From Takakia lepidozioides (lineage: Eukaryota; Plantae; Bryophyta): a stretch of DNA of 64,000 nt. Numbering within the stretch: the stretch's first letter is position 1; the number at the start of each line of letters is the position of its first letter. This document shows positions 11,702-24,654 of the stretch, piece after piece. The notes beneath the pieces are model-generated. The model made no database searches and had not been told where the DNA came from. It saw only the letters and a list, made by a program, of their open reading frames with translations. The stretch spans positions 44,702,001 through 44,766,000 of the forward strand of contig CM060733.1 of assembly GCA_030704615.1 (NCBI GenBank). Reading direction: 5' to 3'. Both the position numbers and the translations under genes were made by a program.

Positions 11702-14700
11702 TTAGAGATCTAGAGTCTTAAGCATCTTTGTCAAATCTGCAACCAGGCACCGGGCCGACTTCCCCTCTCCGCGTGGCATATTCTCCAAGTTTGACTTCCA
11801 AACTTCCTCTTCACTCCATGACCACTTTTCTAACGTTAATTCGCGTCCACCTGTCACTGACCCTATGGACTGTGTAATCTGTATGGGCTGTGTTGGGCTG
11901 TGACAGGCTGTGTGGCACTGTGGTGGGCTGTGATAGGTTGTGTCACGTTGTGATGTGCTGTGATAGGCTGTGTGACACTGTGATGGGTTGTGATAGGCTG
12001 TGTGACACTTGTACTTCCCGCCTTCGTCATACACTCGGCTTAACGACAAGTACTCCATACTCCGTTGGTATCACTGGCGCAGCCCGTGACTGCTTTTGCG
12101 TTTCAACATGCAAATCGTGTTTGCAATGATTTATCATGGATACCACTGTACCCCTTCAACTTATTGGCATTGACTCTTCCCAGCATCTCTTTGTTAATGG
12201 TTTGTAACATGGCGGTGTTATTATCATACATCTTCTGTATGACATAAGGTCCTTTCCATGGTGATTTAAGCTTAGAAGCTTTAATCTTCCCCTTCTTCTG
12301 CAACAAGAGAACCAAATCTCCCATCTTAAAAGTCTTTAATTTGCCTTCATCAAACTGTTCCTTCCTCTTCATCTGAATTCTGGTCATGTTATCAGCTGCA
12401 TCAGCACGTACTTCTTCCACATGGTATAATTCATGTTTCCTGACCTTAATTGAATCTTCCAATTCCATTCTCTTTCCTCATTCAGTTCTCATGGTAGGTA
12501 ACAAGAATTCCACTGAAAGTAAAGCTTCCATACCATAAACTAATTGGAATGGTGTATACTTAGTGGTGTCTTTATATGAAGTCCTGTATGACCACAAAGT
12601 TGTCAGCAACTTTGTATCCCAATCCGTTCTGTTTGCATTGACTATCTTAGCCAAGATAGTACATAGTATTTTGTTGGTAGCCTCTGCCTGCCCATTACCC
12701 TGTGGGTAATATGTTGTACTCTTCCTATGCACAATCATGAACTCTTTAGTCAATAGTTCAATGGTCTCATTAATGAAGTGACTTCCCTGGTCACTGATAA
12801 ATTCCAGGGGACAGCCAAATCGTGTAAGTATGTTCTCATACAGAAACCTTGCTGTGGACTTGGCTGTGTTGTCCCTCAGAGCTTTAGCTTCCACCCACTT
12901 TGTAGTATAATCAGTGGCTGTAATTATGTACTTGTTCTGTGTATTCTTGGCTGGTTGGTTAATTGGTCCAACAAAGTCTAGTCCCCATTTCTGAAATGGT
13001 TCAGTAGGCATCGTAGGATGCAAAGCCATCTCTGCAAAGGTCCTAGCCTCTGACATTCATTACAACTCTGACAATACTTGTGTACATCTTTGAACAAAGT
13101 AGGCCACCAGTAACCTGCAAGTAGTATCTTCCTACTGGTAGTCTTTTCTCCAAAATGACCTCCAGCCACTCCTTTATGAACTTCCTCCAAAACTTTATTT
13201 ACTTCATGGTGGTACAAGCATCGTTTAAGTACTCCATCAGGTCCTAGCTTATACATTCTGCCCCCTACCATAGTATAAGGTAAAGCCTTGATAGCGATTC
13301 TCTTCCTCTGCTCCTTACCATAACTAGGTGGGCACTGACCATGAGTAAGGTAGTATCTGATTGGCCACTGCCAATCTAACCATTCATCTGCACTTCCCTG
13401 CACCTCCATTGCAAATAAACTCGCATCAGGTAATTGGTCGTCTACTCCTGTGGCGGGCTCTCTTGTTGTTAGGCGTGACAAATGATCTGCCAAGATGCAA
13501 ACGGCCAGGCTTGTAAACAACTTCGAACTCAAATTCATGCAAGATTATTAACCACCTTGCTATCCTTCCACTTATCAAATGTTTGTTCACCAGATATATC
13601 AGAGCCTGGTGATCCACATAAAATATAAACTTTCTTCCCAATAGGTAATGCCTGAATTTCTTGACTGCTTAAATCATTGCCAGTGCTTCTCTTTCAGTTG
13701 TGCTATAGTTCCTTTCAGCACTGTTCATCAACCTACTAGCATAGTACACAGGTGAATCTATATTTCCTGTAACATTTTGGGCTAACACCGCTCCCAACGC
13801 TTCTCTGAGGCATCACAGTGAACATGAAATACTACATGCCAGTGAGGGTTAATCAGCACAGGTGTAGTTGTTACTGACAATGTAAGTTCCTCAAAAACCT
13901 GTTGACATTCAGCTGTCCATGCAAACACTGCATTTTTCTTCAGAAGCTTGCTCAATGGTGCCGCTATCTGTGCATACCTTTTGACAAATCTTCTGTAATA
14001 ACTGGTTTGTCCAAGGAATCTCCTTAGACTCTTAATATTTACTGGTGGTGGAGAGGCTTTAATGGCCTCTGTCTTCCTGGGATCCACAAGAAGTCCCCTC
14101 TTACACACAATGTGTCCCAAAAGCACCCCTGAGTTCACACAGAAAGTACACTTCTCTGGATTTAGGCCCAGACCTCTCATCCTGCATCTGGCCAAACATA
14201 ACTCCAATTTATGCAAGTGCTCATTCTTAGAGCTGTACACAGTGAAATCATACAAGAACACCTGCATGAAATCATCCAGATACTCATGAAAAGATTCACT
14301 TATCACTCTCTGAAAGGTTGTTGGTGCATTACAAAGTCCAAAAGGCATGACTTTGTATGCATAAGTACCCCAGTCTGTGATGAAAGCTGTCTTTCCCTGG
14401 TCTTCTTCTGCCACTTGCACTTGATTATAACCACTGAAGCCATCCATGAATGAGTACATCTCATGGCCTGCCACAGTGTCCAATACCGCTTCTGTGAATG
14501 GCAAGGGGAAAGGATCTTTCTTCGTGCAAGCATTCAACTTCTTATAGTTCACACAAACTCTCAGTTTACCATTCTTCTTTGGAACTATCACAATGGGTGA
14601 CAACCAAGTTGTATACTCTATCGGGTATATAAACTTAGCCTCAGCCAACTTCTTGATCTCTTCTCCAACCTTCTGTGCATAGTTGGGATTCATTCTGTAC

Positions 14701-17700
14701 CTTGCCTGTTTGATTGGTACTGACCCCGGTTCCAGTTCAATCTTATGCTGACAGATCTCAGGTGGTATCCATTTTAGATCCTCGTAGCTCCAAGCAAATA
14801 CATCTCTGTATTTGATGAACAAACTCTTAGCTTCCTCAAAGAATTTTGGCTCCAAATCAGCCCCTACCTTCACCATCCTCGGTTCCTCTTCAGTTCCCAC
14901 ATTCACTTCTCTCACCTGCTCATCAGCTGTGATTGTCCAACCAGTCACCACTTCATCCTGTAAACTCACAGTGGCTGGTTCCTCTAGGATTTCCATTTCT
15001 CCCTCTCTTTCTTCATAGAAATGTGGTGGGTAACTGCTTGTTTCACCTTCAATTGGTGTTGTTGTCACTACACCACAGCAGGTACCTTTTAAACAACTTA
15101 GGCCTTCCAACTGCATCTCTGCAACCTGCTCCCACTCTGGGTTTGCAGCGAACAGGGTAGCTTCCTGCTCCTCATCAAGTCCTCCCCTCCAGTCATACTC
15201 TCTGACCCCTCGAGGTCTTCTCGTAGCAGGTAATCTACTAGATTTCTTAGTGGTAATTTGTATCTCGTGCATCCCATCATGCACAGTTAGTAACTGGGAA
15301 TTCCAGTCATGGAATACCGTGGCCTGTTTCAGCCACGGACGTCCCAACAATAAGGAATAAGCTTCCATGACTTCATCCATTTTCAACACAGTTACTATGA
15401 TCATAAAGATCATCTTTTGAATCTATATCTTAACTCCTCTTATCAATCCCAATGGCTGTACATTTCTTTGATCTGCCATTGTTACTGTAAATGGGGCTGG
15501 TTTTATGTTACTTAGACCAAGCTTCTGCCTTAATTGGTCTGTCATGATATTCACTCCAGAGCCTCCATCTATCAGTACATCAGTTAGTTCTGTGCTTCCA
15601 ATTCTCAATTGGATTACTAGCATAGAATCATCAAAGTCCATGACTGTTTCTCACCCTTCCGGCTTCACATTATAACTGGTTACCTTGCTGTTCAGGTCTG
15701 TGTTCCCTGTCACATGGGCAATTCGATTGATTGCTTGATACAGCCTGTGTCTACAATAAGGTGCCACAGCCAATAGCTGTCCAATGATAATCTCCGCTTT
15801 GGATTGGCATATTACTTCAGCCAAAGTCCATTCATTACTCTGCATGTCTGCAGCTTCTTTCTTCCCTTCATCCTCACTCACTTCCTCTTCTCTTTCAGAA
15901 TCAGAGGAATCTGCCATAGGAATATCAGTACTCTTCTGCATTTCCCTTATGGTACCTGTCACTTCCTTGTGCAGTTCCTTCTCATCTCTCCAAGCCTCAT
16001 CATCTTCAGGCACATCACTGCCATCTTCATTATCATCATCTTCCTCATCTACTGGAGGTATTAGTTTGGCTTTGCTTCTCGTTACTATCATTGTACTTAC
16101 TTCTGGTACAACACATGGCCTAACCATGTGAGCTGCCACCACTGGCCCCTCATTCACAGGAGCTCTCATCTCATTCTGGTGTCTAATCCAGAATGGACAG
16201 GCTGCCTTGCGATGGCCTGCCTGATTACAATAGTAACACTTCCCCATTAGGTCCTCGCCCTTGGTCTGTTTTGGAATTGTTTCTGTAATCCTGATTCCCT
16301 GGCTGGTAATTCCCCCTTGGATTACCCTGATAGTTGCATCTGGAATTTCCTTGGTAATTCCCTCTTGAATTACCTCTCCCTTCCATGCCATTGTTATAAC
16401 CACCAGGCCTACCATAGTGGTCCTGATCACTGTTTCTTCTTGGCTGGGGCTGCACTTGATGCACCCTTACTTGCCTAGGTTCTCTAGCTGTTGTCCTTCT
16501 GTTGTAGTAACAATTCTCAGTAGAATGGTTATCCATTTTACAGATAGTACAGTGTTTCTCCTTCATGTGGCATTCAGTGGTGGTATGGCCTTCATTCTGG
16601 CACTTTGCACACCAAACACCCTTCCTCCAATGTGTTGTAGCCTCTGTGGCATACTTCTTCAAGATTTCTTCTAATCTTCTCTAATAGTTATCCCTCTTCA
16701 ACTTCTCCTTCCTCTTACTCTTCCTTTTCAGCTCTTGCTCTTCTTCCTCATCTGACTCATCCTCAGAGTCATCATCATCCCTTTTCTCTCTCCTGAGCAT
16801 TCCCAATTGCTCAATTCTGTTCGCTGTTTCAAATGCCTCCTCCACTGTATTATGGGGTAACATATCCACTTTCTTTTGCAACTCTGGTCTTAGTCCACTC
16901 ACAAACCAAGTCTTCTGTAAACCTGGTGCTGGTACAGCAGCCAGCTTTTTCATCATCAATTCCATCTTTTCCATATACTCCTCAACAGTTTCATGCTTCT
17001 TTTGCTTTAACTGTTGTAAACTTCCATACACTTCATCCTTAGTTTTACTTGTCCTGAACCTATTTTGGAATGCTGTATTCAAGCCATTCTAGGTTAGGAA
17101 ATGATTATCAGGGAATCGTGCATACCATTCACTTGCTTTCTTGATAAGTGAACAAGGAAATAGTCTCATTTTGGCATCATCGCCATTCTCATTGTTCACA
17201 ATACACATGTGCTCAAATTGGCTAATGTATACATCAGGATCCCCTTTTCCTGAATATATTGGAAAATGTGGTTTTGCCCGTGTTGGTTGTAACGCCATCT
17301 GTGGCCCTACCTTCTGCCCACTGACAGATGCTGGTCCCCTTGCTGGTGCTGGTCCTTGAGGACCTGTTGTAGTTGTGGTGGAACTTCCACCAAGTGGTGG
17401 CCCCTGAACACTCCCTGCTACTGGCCCCACTATATTCACAGTATTCCCAGCTCCAGTTGCACTACTTCCCACACTCCCTGTCCCCCCAGAGCCAGATCCA
17501 GGCTTCCCGCCTGATCCCCCTGAGCCGACACCTTCGTTGGCCTGTGATCCAAGTGCTCCACTTGATCCAGGTCCAACGGGTTGGGATGTCCTGGTTGTAG
17601 TCTCAACCTCAGCTGTTGGGTTTACTTCTTCATACTCTTCCTCTTCCAATTTCTTCTCTCTGTTTTCATCCTCCAAGTTCTGCCCTTGGGTTTCTTCTTC

Positions 17701-19316
17701 ACTCATGTAACTCAACTGCAGTGGTGTTGGAGAGTCTGAACTCTCCGTTGGCTCTGCCACATCCTCTCCTCCTTCTTCATCTTCCGTCTCAGAAACTGGA
17801 GTTCCTGCTTTTGGTGTTCCATGCCAACTCTTATCAAAGATTTATGTCAAATCTTTTATCCAGGGATGTACCTCAGATCTTTCACCTCGTGGTTGATCTT
17901 CTTCTAGTACCAATTCCCTTAATCTTTCTTGCAAAGAAAAAGAAGGAGTGGCATCCAACTCTAGTTCTAACAAGTCTGGAAAGTTGTTCTTGGTGTGAAT
18001 TTGATCCACAGAATAACCTTTGGAATCCAATTCTTTACCAGTACAAGCTCTTCATGCATATGAGTATAAACATTCACCTTCCTTTCCTCCCAGCCTTCAA
18101 ACTCTACTCGCTTAATGGATAGCAATGCTATCACATAAACCAGTGTTGGTAATCAACGTGCTCTTCCTCTACAGGCCACCTGATAAATCTTTATCACTCC
18201 TTTCTCCAGACCCCACTCAGGGTCAGCATCATGCACTCTCTTAAGAATGTATTCTTTACAACCGTCTGGCAATTCCAAGAACCTCTGAAAGAATTGTTTG
18301 GACAATCTTTCCTTCTCAGTTTCACAGGGAATTTGATTCACATCAAATTCTTTAATTCTCCAACCACCATGATCCCACCAGATGCCTGTCACATCTGGTT
18401 GTTCATGACCCAGGTCCCCAATATGGTCGCCAAATATCGAACGGCTTTTACTCACCCATCCCTTCGCTATCCGAGGTGGAAACTCCAAGATAGAAGAGTT
18501 GGATATCTCTAAGCACTCAGCCCGCTCAGTACTATCAGTCATGACCTGCAGCTAGTGAGTCATGGTTGTGCTTCCCATTTGTATTCCTTCTTGCCTTCAT
18601 GTTATCAATTTACCTTATCTGATACTGAAGCATCAGATTGCTTCAGTATCTACTTAGTTCCAGTTATTCATGCATTCATTTCACAACTTCACTCATGTCT
18701 CTCTACACAGTGTGATTGTATCGAATAAGTATCAGATTATGATTTATCAGGTATCAGGCCAATGCCATGGTGACTCTAATCCGCCCTACAGTATCACTAC
18801 AACTCTGCATGTAATAAGTATTTACTGTTCATCTTTCCTCCTTCTCTCTGCTCTCGTTCTTGCTCTCCGTCTGATCTCCTCTTCCCATGACCCAGAAGCG
18901 CTCCCCGTGAAGTGATCCTCTTTCCGTTGCCCCTCTCCTTATCTGCCCGCAAGCTGTTCTAACCATCTAACTAACTAACCGTCATCCCTGAAGTAACACG
19001 TTCCCTCTGCAGATGTCGTTCCATGTCAATGATAATTGTTCCCCATGTATTGTGACAGGCTGTGTCAAGCTGTGCCGAGCTGTGACTGGCTGTGTAAGGC
19101 TGTGTAAGGCTGTGACTGGCTGTGTCGGGCTGTGTCGGGCTGTGCGAAGTTGTGGCGGGCTGTGACTGGCTATGTAAGGCTGTGTCGGGCTGTATGACCC
19201 CCTAAAACCTGCTGCTGCCACCCCTAAAGCTCCTATTGATCTCAGTCTGCGCAAAAATTAAGGGTACCCTACAGAACCCATAAAAAAACGTCTAAGTCCC
19301 AAGCAGCCCTCTAACA
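11702..19316 (-). mobile_element. Ty3/Gypsy retrotransposon copy 2 (extra ORF-gag-PR-RT-RH-INT), degenerate; 3' boundary uncertain
   Basis: Domain order and motifs as in the gag-pol feature. The 5' terminus is shared with copy 1. No matching 3' LTR was found. Confidence 0.9.
12103..17760 (-). pseudogene. Gypsy gag-pol with stops and frameshifts
   Basis: Three CCHC knuckles, protease VLIDGGSGVNIM, RT FMDGFSGYNQ/MPFGLCNAP/FLYDF (mutated xxDD), RNase H CDAS, integrase GHFG..YWWP..C..C, WGLDFVGP, ISDQG, GQAE and a WKGPY GPY/F motif. Confidence 0.95.
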
Positions 19317-20306
19317 GTGGTACAGACTCACCGGCCTCCCCTGTCCACTTGGGTCTTGGGACAGTGACTTATGGAGTATGTAGATAGAATTGCATGTCGC
19401 GCAGGTACACCAAAATCTCCCATGCAATTCTCCTTCCATTTCTCATTCATGCTTCCATGTGATCCACGGGGTAATTTCCATGTTCTCCCAGCTGATGTGG
19501 GTTCGCAAATTCTCGGTGTGCAGATGTGTGTGTGAGGACCTCAACCTGGCATGGTGCGATGGGTGTCGAATGGACCCTTCTCTGTGATGGGAGAACCACT
19601 ACAGTTGAGTTTGTTTTTGCTGAATCATTTGGCAGAGCGCTGTGTTCACTTCTCACACATCATGCGCATTTTCTCCAAGAATGCATGTAAAGCGGAGCCA
19701 TACACGGCATTATTGCAGTGTGTTTCCTTCGCCTAATTTTGAACGAAATAAAGTTAACGGATCCATGTCAGTTGTGTGAATCACTACATCTAGTTGTCTG
19801 GAGGATTGTAAGTGGTTATTTTGAAACGTCTCAAAGTCGAAAAGGCCATAGTGTCGGATGCACGACACGTGTTCCTATTTGAAATCAACATCTTCACTAT
19901 AGAGGGGGGTGCTATTCCGTGAGCCTGGAGGCGTGAGCCTGTGAGCCCAGGAAAGCGTGAGCCCAGCACAGGCTCACGCCACGTCAGCATGCAAACAGTG
20001 CCTATTTCCGCGGATGTCACCTATTTCCGAGTGGGGTCACCTATTTCCGCGGGTTGATGTGGGGAGAATTGAGAATTGAGAACAAAGTGGTTTGTTTGTT
20101 TTTGCAATGTACTCAAGTCTGTGAGGTCCACAAAACAACAAATATATTGAAGGAACAATCCGGGCAGTCCATGCAACCCCCATCTCCAACAATAGTTTGG
20201 AACCATGAATGTGAATTCCATGCACACATTGCAAAGAGGACAATAAGGACACACAACCATCCCATTTCAAATTTGTCCCAGAATTAAACCAAAAGAATAC
20301 TTCATA

Positions 20307-23300
20307 TCAAGTGTCGCAGTCATCACAATCAATGTCCACCTCCTGTGCTATGTCATCTACAAAGATTCTGGCCCCAACACCACGTGTTCTACGAAGGCCA
20401 TCGCAAGGTGGACTCTGAGTGCCATGAACGGACATGCTTGCTGCGAGTGCCTCCGCATAGACAGGTAGCACACAAGACCGAGGAGGACTGAAAACAAGTC
20501 CAAATAGGTGTGATAGCCCAGGAGGGCAAGTGGAAGCACGCGGACTCCTACACATGTCCACAAAATTCCATTTTTAACACAATGATGCAATGCACAAGTC
20601 CAACGAAGAGGATGTCTCCCATTTGCACTTTGCCTCAAGAACAGCGATTCTCGATAATGAAACAACAATGCAAGCATGCACAGGTTCAACTTACTCACAG
20701 GCAAAGTCGGAGTCCAGCTCCTTGTCAGAAGTCTCCTCTGTACCAGTATCAGCGGGACGGGGCTTCGGAAGGACCTGAGAAGTGTGTCCACCCAAACCCA
20801 TCAGGAGGTTCTTGTAAATCTCAGCATCCCCTTCAATCCCAAAGACATGTCGCGCACTGGCCTTGCAAGCGTGGTACGAAGCACCTGCAGTGGAATAGAA
20901 TGAAGTAAGCAGACATTGAAGACACATTCGGAACGGTGGAAAGTGCTGAAAGTGCAAGCTCAATCAAACCTCATGAAATGTGAATGTTGAAGGGACGAAC
21001 CTGTGCCCATCGACAAATCCAGAACTCTGGCGTCTGTGTAGGTGCAGCACTCCACAATCGTTTGAATGAAAGCCGGGCTCCTCTCCCTCGCCCCTCTCCA
21101 AGGAACCCCATTCCCCCTTCGCAAGCACACGTTGCTGTCGACGTAGTTGTGATGCATGTCATCCGTGGGAGGATCTGTCCTGTCATCTATGAACTTGCCC
21201 CCGTGAGTGATGGCAAACTCCGTAATGCCGGCCGGAGTCGTTGGTGGATGCACCCGGACGAGACAAACAGCTTCAAACAGACGAGTCTGCGAACATGACA
21301 TCCAGAAGGAACTAAGAACCAAAATAAAATCGGGCCCCTACATATGAGTTTGAGCGACCTACACAACACAATCCCAGAACAAAAAAGAAGAGGAAGAAGA
21401 AGGGAAACTCACCATCTCTCCCGGACGATCCCCCTTCGTAAGGTACATGCTGTTCACACAATTCCATGTCTTCAGGACTCTCATGCCCGAGGCTTTCAAA
21501 TAGCTGGCAAGGGCACGGCGACACCGAACATCGATGGACTGGATGAGAACCAAAACACCTGCATCGGAAAGGAAGAAGTTGCAAAAGGAAAAAACCCACC
21601 GCCAGTAGCGCTCATCAAATGCATTCCAACCCGGACAAGCACCCGATGGTGGGATATCCGGGACTGCCAACCCATCAGGGATGTCCAAGATGATGAGTTC
21701 CGCTGCATATGGCTTCTCCTTCCCGTTCACCCACGATTTGGTCATTTTAGCCTGCAAACAAAAATACAATGGAATTCTGACAAGTTTATAAACGATCCAT
21801 GCCCACAGCAGACAAAGAGAGCAGAAGCCACAGAACCCAAAGAGAACACGCACCGTGCTGAGGAACTCGACAATCCTCTCCCACACTGGTGATGGCTCGC
21901 CCTTGTAATCAGATTTCTTCGACTCCATCATGGCAAGGAACCCGACGTTGGCAATCTCCAACCTGGTTGGACGAATGACCCTCGTGGGATGTTCCACTGC
22001 ATGGTACGGGTCCTTGGGATCAACCACACCCTTGTTTTTTCTCCCGGATCCCCTACCATGCGGTGGAGTCTGCTGGACATGCTCCACAGGGCCAATAGCT
22101 GCAACACTTCCCTGCCCTTGTGCCACCTTCCCTCTACCCCTTCCCGTCCCCACAACACCAGCAACATCTTTTCCCTTTGCCTTTCTTCCTCTACCCGGGG
22201 TATCCTGAGCGGGAGGCTCCTTCTCTGCAAGAGTCCTCAGATTACGCTCATGAATGTCGAGGTCCGCTGCTGCGGCAGTGGCTGCAATACGGTCATTCTC
22301 TCTCCTCAAAGACAACTCTACAGCTGGGGTCTCTGAAGGAGGGCAATCCAAATACCAACCACAAGAAGAAAGATGGTCCGGACCCCAGTCATGCAAGATC
22401 CCAGCAGTGAACATGGTCTGGTTGCCAGCAGGGACAAGCCAAAGGTCCACGAAATCTGGATGTTTGTCCAAGCAATTCTCTTCCAGGAGAACAAACTTAA
22501 TGTACCTGCACGAACAGACACAGCCTCATTATCCAATGCACATATTGTGTCCCAGCTTTTTCAACACACCAGGAAGACCCCCTTAAACAGTATGCCACAC
22601 AACACATTGCAACCACAACACAAGCAAAGAGTGCAAGGGTGTGCACCTGTAAAGGCATCGTTTCCAGGCTTCCTCTCCTTTTTCCTGCTGGTCAAGCTCA
22701 TTTGTTCGACTGATGCCACCCTCCTTGCTGAACTCTCTAAAGAAACCAGAGTGCCACACTGTGGCTCTCCATTTCCTCATGTATGCTTCGAAGGAGACCT
22801 TCGGAGCTGTCATAGTGATGCCATAGTCAGCCAGCTGAGTATGCAGAACCGATCGGGCCCTTTCTTCCAACTGCAAAAAAATTGAAATGGAAGAATGAAC
22901 CCAAAAACAGTCACAGCGAATGTAAGAGGCAATGGGAAGAGAAGGACAGGAAAAGAGAAAAGAAAGTGAGATACGAGAGGACATCACACCTGGCTCCAGT
23001 AAGTGGCCTTGTGAAGCCAGTTGTCCAGCACATTGTCACTGACAGGAACGACACGCTGGGTCTTCTTCTCCTTCTCTGGCCTTGGGAACATGTGGGTATC
23101 CCTAACTGTGGGATCGGAGTTCCATATCTGCAGCCACTTCACCTTCTGTTCAGAAGACACGACGGCGGTAGACAACCTGTGCAACTTCTCCTGGGCCATC
23201 TCCGGCTTGCCTGGCTTGTTATAATGGTTTTTTATCTCCAGCAGAAACTGCGGCCCGAATGATGGGTCGGCCATTCTCAACTGCTTCACAAAAGCACTCA

Positions 23301-24425
23301 TTATTGTCCTTCTTGTAGCGTTCATCTCCTTCTGGATGTGACTTTCAACTCCCTTTGCTGTCCTTCTCTCCTCAGGGGTAGAGCTGTAGTATTCCAGTTT
23401 GCCACGCTCCCCTGCATCTGCAATGTCTTGCTGCAAGGGAATGCAAGAGAGTTGCATCAATCCAAGGTCAAGGGAGACAGAGAGAAACAAACATGTGGAA
23501 GCAGGAATATGGAAAGGCCAGATGAAGGAAGATGTATCTCACCGTGTACATGTACTCCATGAAAGCCTCACGGGTCAACGAGTACCATGTTTCCGAAGTC
23601 TTGGAGCTTTCGCATTTCTTATACATCTCTGCCGAAAGGATGGTCTTGAAGTTGGTCAAGGGCATCTGCCCGATCCTTTGTATCCTATACAGTGTGTGAA
23701 CCAGACTCGTTTTGACATGCGATGTCTCCGTCCCTCTGCAGAATGATATCTGAATTTCAGAATGTAATTCAAGGACTTCAATCAAGGAAGAACGGAACCA
23801 GAAGTGCAACGTGTACAATGAGAAACCAACCTGTTCACATCATTCATTGCCGTCAGAAGACCCATCATGTTGTCGTCACAATCAAGCACCATCGATCGAA
23901 CAGAGTAATGCCACTCTTCCTCCTGTGAGTGCAGCCTCCCAATGACAGCCATCCATGCAAGCAACCGGTGGTTGCCATCCCAAACGTGAAACATCTTCCC
24001 CGAGAATACCTGGGTGGAAGGTTTCTGGAGAGAAGAAGTTCGAAGGATTCGTTCACCTGTCTCCAAATGGGGTCCCAGGAGTCGACGATTGACTCATCAA
24101 CAAGGAGCTCGTTACCTCTTGAATCCCTAGTAGAAACGTAAAAGACCGCGGATCCATCCAAATACCCATGAACAAACTCGGCCTCCAGCTTGAGAATGTC
24201 TTTGACAAGGGGTGGACGAACGACGGGCATGGAAACCAACCTACACAGGGGAATCTTCAACCTCCCACCAGGAGCAAGCATACTTTGAACCACAAGCTGA
24301 GAGTTCACCTTTTGACCCCCCAGCATCTCAGCGGCTTTGCTTTCATAAAACTCATCGTCAACATCATCTTTGGTCTCCTTCCCCTGACCCTGAGGGACCT
24401 CATCCGCCACACTTTGCATTTTCCC
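20307..24425 (-). CDS. Gene B: ParB/Srx-like DGNHR domain, central region and beta-class N4C/N6A methyltransferase-like domain; one apparent frameshift near 24025
   Basis: Predicted exons 24425-23831, 23735-23543, 23430-22990, 22870-22647, 22505-21854, 21751-21413, 21286-21001, 20884-20695 and 20547-20307, all with GT-AG and phase-compatible. Motifs FHVWDGNHRLLAW, LIILDIPDG, RERSPAFIQTIVECCT and RVLDLSMGTGASYHACKASARHVFGIEGDAEIY. Confidence 0.8.
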
Positions 24426-24654
24426 CTGCAAGGTTGTTCACTCAAATTCTTATAAGAGAGGAATGAAACGTCGACCGATGCATGAAAAAGTGGGATAAAA
24501 AGGGAAGTGTTCTTTGAGCTGCCAGATAGGTGTTCATTGATCCTCACGGACATGCACTATGTTCCCGATTTACACAGGGAAAGAACATTGAAAAGTTCTG
24601 CTCAAATATCTGCCCATGAAGGCCGAAAGTTGCGCCCTTCCATATTCATATGTT

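Noticed and set aside
19311-19330. CTAACA-GTGGTACAGA as a plus-strand LTR end with Met PBS
   Set aside because: It is a poor match to TGGTATCAGAGC, absent at the equivalent site in copy 1, and opposite to the gag-pol orientation.
20307-24425. Bacterial or phage contamination as the source of the ParB-MTase gene
   Set aside because: It has many spliceosomal introns shared with a paralogue and is embedded among plant transposons.
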